A stretch of DNA of 32,000 nucleotides from an uncultured Erysipelotrichaceae bacterium (lineage in GTDB: Bacteria > Bacillota_I > Bacilli_A > Erysipelotrichales > Erysipelotrichaceae): NCBI GenBank assembly GCA_942492995.1, contig OW818653.1:960001-992000 (forward strand). Direction: 5' to 3'. The stretch's first letter is position 1; each line of letters begins with the position of its first letter. Both the position numbers and the translations under genes were made by a program. This document shows, piece by piece, positions 17,521 to 25,734 of this stretch. The notes below the pieces were generated by a model. The model searched no databases and was not told the origin of the DNA. It was given only the letters and a program-made list of their open reading frames with translations.

Positions 17521-18249
17521 TTACCCTTTTTGACTTTTCTTTATTATAACATTATCTTGACACAAATCTTGTATGACTACAGATGCCAGTAATAATCCAG
17601 CACTTGCAGGGACAAATATCATACTTCCGACAATCACTTTATTTGTTTGTTCATTGTAATAAGCATCTTGTGCTTCTTCTTTTGAATAGACGACTTTTAT
17701 ATTCTTTAAGCCTTCTTTCTTTGCGAGAATACGAACTTTTTTCGCTAATGGACAAATCGATGTATGATATAAATTAGATACACATAATTTAGCAGGATCA
17801 AGTTTACGACCTGTTCCAAGTGCCATAATTAGTGGTACATCATAGCGTTCACATTGACGCATTATTTCAAGCTTTGAGTTGACTGAATCAATCGCATCAA
17901 TGACATAATCGAATTTAGTAAAATCAATCGTTGTTTTATCATCAAAGAAGATTGGATAGACATGTACACTAATATCACTGTGTATGCTTAGGATTCGTTT
18001 CTTTAATTCTTCGACCTTCAATTCTCCAATATTATCCATGTTCGTCATTAATTGACGGTTAAGATTACTAATATCGATACGATCAAAATCTATGAGTGTT
18101 ATTTCTTTAACACCCGATCGGATAAGTCCTTCTACGACAAAAGAACCAACACCTCCACATCCAAATACACAGATATGTGATTGTTTAATTTTCTCTAGTT
18201 TTTCATCTCCAATAAGATATTGAATACGTATAAGCGGATTATCTTGCAT
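17521..18249 (-). CDS. tcdA: ThiF/E1-like tRNA threonylcarbamoyladenosine dehydratase
   Basis: 242 aa. Rossmann motif VFGCGGVGS, then ITLIDFDRIDISNLNRQ. The size and the absence of a C-terminal rhodanese or CxxC domain fit TcdA/CsdL better than ThiF/MoeB. Confidence 0.75.
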   Translation of the reverse strand: MQDNPLIRIQYLIGDEKLEKIKQSHICVFGCGGVGSFVVEGLIRSGVKEITLIDFDRIDISNLNRQLMTNMDNIGELKVEELKKRILSIHSDISVHVYPIFFDDKTTIDFTKFDYVIDAIDSVNSKLEIMRQCERYDVPLIMALGTGRKLDPAKLCVSNLYHTSICPLAKKVRILAKKEGLKNIKVVYSKEEAQDAYYNEQTNKVIVGSMIFVPASAGLLLASVVIQDLCQDNVIIKKSQKG

Positions 18250-18295
18250 TTTAGTTTTTCTTTCTATAAAATAACTGAGTTAAAGGAATTACACC

Positions 18296-18811
18296 ATGAA
18301 AATTACACTTTCTTCTTTAGTTAAAATCGCAATGATTGCGGCTCTATATAGTACCGTTAGTTTAGTCTTAGCACCATTTAGTTTTGGGAACATTCAAGTC
18401 CGCGTTGCGGAAGGATTAACGTTATTACCATTGATTTCACCTTTAGCAATCTTTGGGTTAACCCTTGGTTGTTTTATCACCAATTTTGTTGGTGTAATAA
18501 TGGGTGCGAATATTTTAGGTATGATGGATGTATTCATTGGGACATTCGCGACACTTATTGCGGCACTCTTAACGTATAAATTAAGAAATATTACAATTAA
18601 GGGATTCCCTTTCTTATCAAGTTTAATGCCGATTGTTATAAATGCGGTAATTATCGGGGCTGAACTTGCGTATGTATTTGCGCCTGAGTTTACCTTTTCG
18701 TATTTCGCGATCTTCGCATTAGAAGTTGCGATTGGTCAAACGATTGCGGTTTACATTGTTGGTCTACCAATCCTATCCGCATTAAAGAAAAGAATTAATT
18801 TAATTAATTAA
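18296..18811 (+). CDS. queT: Queuosine-precursor transporter QueT (ECF S-component-like)
   Basis: 171 aa with 5-6 TM helices. The motif FSFGNIQVRVAEGLTLLP is characteristic of the QueT/COG4708 family. Confidence 0.78.
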   Translation: MKITLSSLVKIAMIAALYSTVSLVLAPFSFGNIQVRVAEGLTLLPLISPLAIFGLTLGCFITNFVGVIMGANILGMMDVFIGTFATLIAALLTYKLRNITIKGFPFLSSLMPIVINAVIIGAELAYVFAPEFTFSYFAIFALEVAIGQTIAVYIVGLPILSALKKRINLIN

Positions 18812-19581
18812 GACTTTTGAACACGTGCGATTACTCTTGCGGAAAGAGTACGTGGGAATATTTTTAATAAAACAATGAATAAGTTATTACTCAAACCCAC
18901 GATTGAAATGGGTTTGTTTTTTTGTAAGTCAGAAATACCTTTCTTAACAACAGGTAATGAATCCATCATAAAGCCATTTACAACTTTACTATCCTTATGT
19001 GAACTTGCCACATCAAAGAACTCGGTTTTGGTTGGACCAGGACATAAGACAGATACTTTAATATTGAATGGTTTTACTTCTTCATGAATGGCTAAACTTA
19101 GGTTTAATACATATGCTTTAGTCGCATAATATTCTGCCATGTAAGGTCCTGCCACAAATCCAGCAACTGATCCAACATTTAGAATCTCACCTTCTCTGTT
19201 TGATTTCATTAAAGGAAGTACTTTATTAATTAAAAGTGATAATGCCTCAATATTAACATTTATCATGGATGATATTTGCGTATCTTTCATATCGCTATAC
19301 GGTCCGGATTGTCCAAAACCCGCGTTATTTATTAATCGATTTATAAATATCTCATTATCTAGTGAATCAAAGAAATGATTTATTTCAGATTTGTTATTCA
19401 AATCGATTGGATAAACGATTACATCTATTTTATATTTTTTAAGTAAATTTTCTTTTAATTGATTAAGTCGATCTTCTCTTCTTGCCATAATAATTAGATT
19501 TTCATTCTTTTTTGCGTATTCATTCGCAAAATCAATTCCAAGTCCACTTGATGCGCCAGTTATTAATGTATATTTCTTCAT
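18808..19581 (-). CDS. SDR-family oxidoreductase
   Basis: TGASSGLG cofactor motif, NNAG, and the catalytic YxxxK as YYATKAY. I placed the start at the ATG at 19579-19581 (MKKYTLITGASSGLG). The 11 extra N-terminal codons in the track ORF are unsupported, but I cannot exclude them. Confidence 0.85.
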   Translation of the reverse strand: MKKYTLITGASSGLGIDFANEYAKKNENLIIMARREDRLNQLKENLLKKYKIDVIVYPIDLNNKSEINHFFDSLDNEIFINRLINNAGFGQSGPYSDMKDTQISSMINVNIEALSLLINKVLPLMKSNREGEILNVGSVAGFVAGPYMAEYYATKAYVLNLSLAIHEEVKPFNIKVSVLCPGPTKTEFFDVASSHKDSKVVNGFMMDSLPVVKKGISDLQKNKPISIVGLSNNLFIVLLKIFPRTLSARVIARVQKS

Positions 19582-19616
19582 GGGTTTGCCTATCTTTCTC
19601 TTTGATTTTACCATAT

Positions 19617-19645
19617 TTGAATCACTATTTTTATACGCTTACAAT
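19617..19645 (+). promoter_or_regulatory. Sigma-A-type promoter for the transporter gene
   Basis: TTGAAT (19617-19622), a 17-nt spacer, then TACAAT (19640-19645), about 50 nt upstream of the ATG at 19695. Confidence 0.5.
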
Positions 19646-19694
19646 TGTCTCTTTAGATGATTAGTGTTAAAATTATTCTTTGTTAGAGGTAATT

Positions 19695-20963
19695 ATGAAA
19701 GAACTTGCACTTGGCCTATTTATATTAACGTATGTATTATTATTGGCATTTCCATTGAAGAGATGGTTAATCGCACTTGCGTCCGCAGTTGTATTCGTTG
19801 TACTCGGTATTCTACCCTTAAGTGAACTTCCACAATCAATTGATTATAATGTCTTACTGATGATTGGTGGAACGATGGGAATTGTCGCATTGTTTATAGA
19901 ATCTAAAATGCCAGTACTAATGGCTGATTATATTCTCGATCGAACACCTAATGTTAAATGGGCGATTGTCGCATTGGCATTGTTCGCAGGTATTATTTCT
20001 GCTTTCGTTGATAATGTCGCAACCGTCTTAATGGTTGCGCCAGTAGCGCTAAATATTGCGTTGAAACTTAAAATTAATCCAATTCCTAGTATTATTGCGA
20101 TTGCGGTTTCAAGTAATTTACAGGGTGCCGCAACTCTAGTTGGTGATACGACTTCCATCTTATTAGGTGGTCATGCAGGAATGAACTTTATGGATTTCTT
20201 CTTTATGGATGGAAAGCCAAGTATTTTCTGGGCAGTTGAATTAGGCGCTGTGGTAAGTACGTTTATTCTCTTATATATCTTTAGAAAAGAATCTCAAGAA
20301 GTACATCTTGATGAGATGCAAAAAGTGGATGATTTCTTTCCAACATTCTTGTTATTGGGAATGATCGGATTATTGATTGCGGCTTCATTTGTACAAATTG
20401 ATTTCGCTCTTACAAACGGAGTTATATGTGTCGGTTTATTATTTATCGGATTAGTTCGTGATTCTATCGTAAGAAAAGATGTATCTTTTGTAAGAAGTAC
20501 AATTCTTGAAATTGATTATCAAACATTAATCTTACTTGCAAGTTTATTCGTAATTATTGCAGGGATTAATTATGTTGGTATCGTTGCGGATATAAGTAAA
20601 TTATTCATTCAAGTAGCTGGTGATAATATATTTGTAATCTATACATTAATTGTATGGGCGAGTGTAATGTTATCTGCGTTTATTGATAATATTCCATATG
20701 TCGCTACGATGTTACCTGTTGTCGCATCATTGTCCGCAAATCTTGGTGTTGATCCAACATTACTCTATTTCGGATTATTAACTGGCGCAACGCTTGGTGG
20801 TAACTTATCACCGATTGGAGCATCCGCAAATATTGCAGGGATTGGAATTCTTCGCAAAGCTGGTTATAATCCAACCACGAAAGATTTCATGAAGGTTGGT
20901 GTCCCATTCACAATCGCTGCAGTTATTAGTTCATATATCTTTGTTTGGTTAATCTGGGCTTAA
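19695..20963 (+). CDS. ArsB/NhaD-superfamily (CitMHS-like) permease
   Basis: About 12 TM helices. Motifs AFVDNVATVLM and AFIDNIPYVATMLP are typical of the ArsB/NhaD ion-transporter superfamily. I placed the start at the ATG at 19695 with AGAGGT 4 nt upstream, in place of the TTG at 19680. Confidence 0.78.
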   Translation: MKELALGLFILTYVLLLAFPLKRWLIALASAVVFVVLGILPLSELPQSIDYNVLLMIGGTMGIVALFIESKMPVLMADYILDRTPNVKWAIVALALFAGIISAFVDNVATVLMVAPVALNIALKLKINPIPSIIAIAVSSNLQGAATLVGDTTSILLGGHAGMNFMDFFFMDGKPSIFWAVELGAVVSTFILLYIFRKESQEVHLDEMQKVDDFFPTFLLLGMIGLLIAASFVQIDFALTNGVICVGLLFIGLVRDSIVRKDVSFVRSTILEIDYQTLILLASLFVIIAGINYVGIVADISKLFIQVAGDNIFVIYTLIVWASVMLSAFIDNIPYVATMLPVVASLSANLGVDPTLLYFGLLTGATLGGNLSPIGASANIAGIGILRKAGYNPTTKDFMKVGVPFTIAAVISSYIFVWLIWA

Positions 20964-22027
20964 TCGATTAAATATAAAGCGGCATACTCGTCATAGGTCA
21001 TCCCTGTGGAATATAGAGTTGCCGCTATTTCTTTGCCCACATAGCGATAATGCCATGGTTCATATTTATATCCCGATATATCTTCTTTACCTTTTTTATA
21101 ACGTAAAATATACCCATATAAATGTGCATTATCTTTCATCCATTTAAAAGAACTACTCATCTCAAAGGTTAAAATATCTTGATTATTACTTGATACATCA
21201 ATTGCTAAACCGCTTTGATGTTCACTAAAACCAGGACGAGCAGAATATGTATCCACAAGCCATTGTGGATCTTTTTTTAAGTAACGATTATATAAGTTTT
21301 CTTGTGTACTGTATGAACGATAACCAGAAATGCCAATAATTGTATAACCTTCATCCTTTGCGGAATCACATAAGTCAATAAACGCATCTGCCGCAACCTT
21401 AGTCATTTTTACATTTCCATACGGTGATACTGATACAAGATTGTCGGGTACATATGTTTTATCAAGTTGGTAATACTTATTAACTAATAGAAGCTCATTT
21501 AATGAAGTATCTGTTGATTGAACGTTTGTATAATATGCATAATCACGATTTGTGTTTACACGTTCGATTATATTTCGAAATGAGATTGTAGAATTTTCAT
21601 TATAATAGGCTAAATAACGGTCAAAACGTGTTTGTATGAAATTATTTTGATTGATCCATTCATTAAGATTATCAATTTTATCGTGTGTTGTAATATACGT
21701 TATAAGTTCATTATTATAACTTAAGATTGTCGAAATCTCATTATCAAGATATCCTAAATTCGTTAACTCAGTATAATGTTCAATCGTATAATGTTTAATA
21801 ATGTATTCTATTTTTTCACTTTCTATTAATTTATCTTTCTCACTGTCTTCTAGGTTTAAAATAAACTCAACTTCACTGGTTGAATAACCCTTATTTAAGA
21901 ATACTTCTTCTTTGTATGGATTTAAATAATTGATTAAACTAACACAACCATAGGCAATAATACACAAAAAAACAAACATCAACGCGATGTTTCCTAATTT
22001 TAATTTACGTTTCTTTTTCTTTGACAT
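20960..22027 (-). CDS. Membrane-anchored D-alanyl-D-alanine carboxypeptidase (VanY/M15B family)
   Basis: An N-terminal TM anchor is followed by SGYRSYSTQENLY, SEHQSGLAIDV and YEPWHYRYVG, which are the M15 Zn-peptidase motifs. Confidence 0.85.
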   Translation of the reverse strand: MSKKKKRKLKLGNIALMFVFLCIIAYGCVSLINYLNPYKEEVFLNKGYSTSEVEFILNLEDSEKDKLIESEKIEYIIKHYTIEHYTELTNLGYLDNEISTILSYNNELITYITTHDKIDNLNEWINQNNFIQTRFDRYLAYYNENSTISFRNIIERVNTNRDYAYYTNVQSTDTSLNELLLVNKYYQLDKTYVPDNLVSVSPYGNVKMTKVAADAFIDLCDSAKDEGYTIIGISGYRSYSTQENLYNRYLKKDPQWLVDTYSARPGFSEHQSGLAIDVSSNNQDILTFEMSSSFKWMKDNAHLYGYILRYKKGKEDISGYKYEPWHYRYVGKEIAATLYSTGMTYDEYAALYLID

Positions 22028-22109
22028 GGGCTTATTATATCATCAAAACTTTATTAATTCGTCGATGAATAAAGGTTATAATTATTAAAACGGGTGAAGG
22101 AGAGATATT

Positions 22110-23024
22110 ATGCCTCAAGTAATAGTAATCATAGGTATAATTATCTTATATGGTTTATATTCTATATTAAATAGAACATTTGATCGTTCTAAGAAGAAAT
22201 ATTTGTCTAAATCGAAAGATTTATTTGGAGTAGATTACTCAATATTTAGACAAGATAATGATTGGTTTGAACAAATTTTAAAAACTGAACACATAATTGA
22301 ATCAATCGATGGATTAAAATTACATGCTAGTTTTATCTCTAATCAGAACTCTAACTTATGTGTTGTATTATGTCATGGTTATTCTGTTTCACGTAAGAGC
22401 ATGTCTGTATTTGCACGTCATTATTACGAAGTGTACAATGCGCATGTATGTATGATTGATGCACGTGCACATGGGATAAGTGAAGGTAATACGATTGGAT
22501 TTGGCTATCATGATCGAAATGATTTACATCAATGGATTAATGAGTTGAAGTTAGAATATGGTCCTGAGACACAATTTATCTTACATGGCGTATCGATGGG
22601 AGCAAGTACTTTGTTATATGCTTCACTTGATGGGTTTGATTCTAAGGTTAAAGGAATTATTTCTGATTCTGCCTTTATTGATTTAAAACCAATATTTATT
22701 CGTCAGATGAAACAAATCTATCATTTACCTGCTTTTCCGTTTATCCATTTAGTTGATTTATTTATGCGTTTTATTTATCGTATTCCATTTGATAAAACGA
22801 ATATTATCAAACAAAAAGACAAGTTATTAACACCTTGTCTTATCATTCATGGGACTTCAGATCGTTTTGTACCATATGAAATGGCACTAACACTTAATCA
22901 AGTCTATATAGGTTATCATCATTTTTTACCGGTAGAGAATGCTAAACACGCTTTAGCTTATGCGGTTAATCCCATCGCATATAGAGATGAAATACGTACA
23001 TTTTTAGAAGATTGTTTAGATTAA
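22110..23024 (+). CDS. Alpha/beta hydrolase with N-terminal membrane anchor
   Basis: Nucleophile elbow GVSMGA (GxSxG), oxyanion-region HGY, C-terminal HGTSDRFV and NAKHA. Shine-Dalgarno GAAGGAGAG precedes the start. Confidence 0.8.
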   Translation: MPQVIVIIGIIILYGLYSILNRTFDRSKKKYLSKSKDLFGVDYSIFRQDNDWFEQILKTEHIIESIDGLKLHASFISNQNSNLCVVLCHGYSVSRKSMSVFARHYYEVYNAHVCMIDARAHGISEGNTIGFGYHDRNDLHQWINELKLEYGPETQFILHGVSMGASTLLYASLDGFDSKVKGIISDSAFIDLKPIFIRQMKQIYHLPAFPFIHLVDLFMRFIYRIPFDKTNIIKQKDKLLTPCLIIHGTSDRFVPYEMALTLNQVYIGYHHFLPVENAKHALAYAVNPIAYRDEIRTFLEDCLD

Positions 23025-23770
23025 TACGTTTCACTTTCAACCATCATATGAGTAAGAATCATCGGTAATAGTTTAAACGCTTCGGCACGTTCTGTGCCTT
23101 TTATTTTGCCATATTGTTTCGATTGCATATCCAAATAAGCTTTCACCATTTGTCCACTTTTCTCATCAAATTGTGTCTTATGTTTAAATATCGCATTAAT
23201 CTTATCTGTAAATGTATGTGTTATATCGATATAGGTATTTGGATGAGCTGACGCATAAAACCCGATTGCTTGGACTTGATGAGTACTCGGAATGATACGT
23301 GCGTCTGGTTCAGGAAAATGTTTCATTGATGCGAATAGACATGCTTCAAGAACTGCCATACCCGTTTTGCGATGGGTTGGATGTGCCTCATACAATAAAT
23401 ATGGATCTACAGTAAATACGACATCTGGTTTTACCGTACGAATCACTTCGACGAGTTGAGTTGTTAATTCTTTTTCATCAGGATAGTGTGAATCGTTTAA
23501 ATCGAGTTGATAGAATTCACTTGCCCCTAAACTTGTCCCAGCTTCTTTTAATTCATTTTGACGTATTTCAATAAGTTCTTTTGAACTTAGTGTATTACTT
23601 CCGCCTTTTCCTTTGCTTACAGTACAATAACTTACTTTGATTCCGTTTAGACTCAATGCTTTAATTGTTCCACCCATTCCAATTTCATTATCATCTGGGT
23701 GAGGTTGTACACATAAAATTGATTTTATTTGAGTTAAATCAATGTTCTTTACGATATCTTTGACTTCCAT
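23021..23770 (-). CDS. PIG-L/LmbE-family N-acetylglucosaminyl deacetylase
   Basis: The motif QPHPDDNEIGMGGT (HPDDxExG) and a downstream AHPTH motif are typical of the Zn-dependent LmbE fold. Confidence 0.85.
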   Translation of the reverse strand: MEVKDIVKNIDLTQIKSILCVQPHPDDNEIGMGGTIKALSLNGIKVSYCTVSKGKGGSNTLSSKELIEIRQNELKEAGTSLGASEFYQLDLNDSHYPDEKELTTQLVEVIRTVKPDVVFTVDPYLLYEAHPTHRKTGMAVLEACLFASMKHFPEPDARIIPSTHQVQAIGFYASAHPNTYIDITHTFTDKINAIFKHKTQFDEKSGQMVKAYLDMQSKQYGKIKGTERAEAFKLLPMILTHMMVESETY

Positions 23771-23776
23771 TACTAT

Positions 23777-24286
23777 TTACCATTTTTCCTTATGTATTTT
23801 TAGATGTTCAAAGCGATTATTCGGTTCTTTTATGACTGCTGGATGACCGATTGCAAGTACACTTATACATTTAAAATTGTTGGGTAATCCAAGAGCTTCA
23901 TGAACTTCGTTTAGATTAGGATAACTTGGTGTACATCCTATCCAAACGGATGCTAAACCGATATCGACTGCCGCAAGTGCCATGTTTTGAGTTGCGGCTG
24001 CACCATCATGATTTAAGAATTCCCAGATATCTTGTCGATTCGTATCTCCAACCACACAGATTGCACAAGCAGCTTCAATTAATGATCGACCATAGGTTAA
24101 TGTCGAGGCAAGTTTAACTAAATTATCTCTTTCCTGTAATACGATAAATTCACATGGATGTAGATTGTGAGCTGATGGAGCCGCAAACGCTGCAGATAGT
24201 ATAATGTTCACTTCATCTTCACTAATTGGTTCGGATGTAAAACGGCGAATACTTCTTCGTGCATGTATGCTTGTGAGTGTTTCCAT
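23777..24286 (-). CDS. Nitroreductase-family protein
   Basis: The IHARRSIRRF N-terminal motif and the size fit the FMN nitroreductase fold. I placed the start at the ATG at 24284-24286 (METLTS...) with AGGAG 4-5 nt upstream. The track ORF start at 24352 lies inside the preceding gene. Confidence 0.85.
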   Translation of the reverse strand: METLTSIHARRSIRRFTSEPISEDEVNIILSAAFAAPSAHNLHPCEFIVLQERDNLVKLASTLTYGRSLIEAACAICVVGDTNRQDIWEFLNHDGAAATQNMALAAVDIGLASVWIGCTPSYPNLNEVHEALGLPNNFKCISVLAIGHPAVIKEPNNRFEHLKIHKEKW

Positions 24287-24293
24287 AATTCTC

Positions 24294-24761
24294 CTATTTT
24301 TTTGCGTGTAGATTTGTTGTATTATCTTCATAAAACTTAATATATTCGTCAACGGTTATTCTACTTAATAATAAATCGAGTAAATCAAATGGGATTTTTT
24401 CAACTTTCTTAAATCTTAAACATGATTTTCCCATATCAAGTTTTCCATAATTTTTGTTATATTTTTCTACAAACTCTTTAAATATTTCAGGCTTTGCATA
24501 ATATCCCATATGATATAGTGCATAAAAGTTCTTTTGTTTAGCAATCGCAAAATACCCAAGAGGCATGTCTTTTGCGACATGATATCCACTTGGATAATAG
24601 GATAAAGGTACATAATATGAAATCATATTATAATAAATACCTTCTTCAAATCCTTTTGGTAAAAGCTCTTTTGTGCGTTTTCTTAATTGGTTAATAACCG
24701 CTTGTTCTTCTTCGGTAAATTGCGCGAGATATTCTTCGATTGTACTGACTGGTTTGTTCAT
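24294..24761 (-). CDS. DUF1801 (YdhG-like) domain protein
   Basis: The N-terminus TIEEYLAQFTEEEQAVINQLRKRTKELLP is typical of DUF1801. Confidence 0.65.
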   Translation of the reverse strand: MNKPVSTIEEYLAQFTEEEQAVINQLRKRTKELLPKGFEEGIYYNMISYYVPLSYYPSGYHVAKDMPLGYFAIAKQKNFYALYHMGYYAKPEIFKEFVEKYNKNYGKLDMGKSCLRFKKVEKIPFDLLDLLLSRITVDEYIKFYEDNTTNLHAKK

Positions 24762-24767
24762 ATTTTT

Positions 24768-25583
24768 TTACCCTAATGCAACATCTAGGAACATCATTAC
24801 CGCAAAACCTAACATTGCGCCTATTGTTGCGACATCTGTATTCGAATCATGTTGAGCTTCTGGAATTAATTCTTCCACAACGACATAGATCATTGCGCCA
24901 GCTGCGAATGCTAATGCATACGGTAAGATTGGACGCATTGCCAATACAAGTAATGCACCTAATACACCGGCAATTGGTTCGACAATGCCTGATGCTTGAC
25001 CATACACAAAGCTTTTCCAACGTGAGAATCCTTCACGTCTTAATGGAATAGAAACGGCTGCACCTTCTGGGAAGTTTTGAAGTCCAATCCCAATTGCTAA
25101 GGCAATCGCACCTAAAAGTGTTGCGCCACTATAATTTGCGCCAACTGCTGCGAATGCTACACCAACGGCTAAACCTTCTGGAATATTATGTAATGTAATC
25201 GCTAATACGAGTAATACAGAACGATGTAAGCTTGATTTTGGACCTTCTGCTGTTTTAAATCCTATATGCATATGTGGTAAATAACGGTCGATTAACCATA
25301 AAAATGCACCACCACCTAAGAATCCAACAACTGCTGGTAACCAGCCTGGTGTACCATTTGCCTCAGCCATTTCTATGGCTGGTGCTAGTAGTGACCAGAA
25401 CGATGCGGCAATCATAACCCCTGCTGCAAAGCCTAACATTGAATTCAATACACTACGTTTAATTGTTTTAAAGAAGAATACCATCGCAGCCCCAAGTGCT
25501 GTCACAAACCATGTAAATAGCGTTGCTAAAAGTGCTTGTACCACTGGATTTAACGCCGCAAACCAATTGAATAAATTTTCCAT
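24768..25583 (-). CDS. zupT: ZIP-family zinc transporter
   Basis: 271 aa with 8 TM helices. The motifs [13 protein letters not shown] and NFPEGAAVS are ZIP/GufA signatures. Confidence 0.88.
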   Translation of the reverse strand: MENLFNWFAALNPVVQALLATLFTWFVTALGAAMVFFFKTIKRSVLNSMLGFAAGVMIAASFWSLLAPAIEMAEANGTPGWLPAVVGFLGGGAFLWLIDRYLPHMHIGFKTAEGPKSSLHRSVLLVLAITLHNIPEGLAVGVAFAAVGANYSGATLLGAIALAIGIGLQNFPEGAAVSIPLRREGFSRWKSFVYGQASGIVEPIAGVLGALLVLAMRPILPYALAFAAGAMIYVVVEELIPEAQHDSNTDVATIGAMLGFAVMMFLDVALG

Positions 25584-25734
25584 ATTTAATTACCTTTATA
25601 ACTCTTTTTTCATTTTTACATTTATGAAAAAATGTTTTTTCTATCATTATCATAACAAAAAATTTTGTGATTACGCAAAATATACATCTTAAGGTGATTT
25701 TATAGGTTATAAACCTGTATTTATCGATTAAAAA

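Noticed and set aside
18250-18295. Possible preQ1 riboswitch upstream of queT. The string CTATAAAATAACTGAG...AAAGGA resembles the A-rich tail of preQ1-I.
   Set aside because: The divergent gap is only 46 nt. I could not find a P1 5' strand complementary to CTTTCT upstream. There is no room for a preQ1-II element of about 80 nt. The similarity is confined to an AT-rich tail that is expected by chance in this genome.
3296-24352. Longest-ORF N-terminal extensions in the track: 3296-3349, 10066-10077, 14706-14753, 19582-19614, 19680-19694 and 24287-24352.
   Set aside because: In each case a downstream ATG has a properly spaced Shine-Dalgarno sequence and gives the family-typical N-terminus. Several extensions run into the upstream gene. 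The SDR case (19582-19614) is the least certain.
6108-25051. Other short overlapping ORFs in the track: 6108-6332, 8431-8613, 8787-8981, 11311-11526, 17220-17435, 17583-17777, 18875-19087, 19928-20158, 23926-24117, 24673-24855 and 24776-25051.
   Set aside because: Each lies inside, and antisense to or out of frame with, a gene carrying strong family motifs (mgtA, rpmI/infC, proS, NYN, tcdA, SDR, the permease, nitroreductase, DUF1801/zupT). I found no ribosome-binding sites or recognisable motifs.
25375-25692. ORFs at 25375-25692 (plus strand, 105 aa) and 25468-25653 (minus strand, 61 aa) around the zupT start.
   Set aside because: They overlap the zupT N-terminus or promoter in other frames and have no Shine-Dalgarno sequence. 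The minus-strand ORF begins within the Fur-box-like ATGATAATGATA and runs out of frame into zupT, so both are probably spurious.
25693-25734. Possible terminator after the 833-aa gene (AGGTT-tat-AACCT).
   Set aside because: The stem is only 5 bp of mostly A/T pairs with a poor U-tract, too weak to call. Read-through into zupT cannot be excluded.
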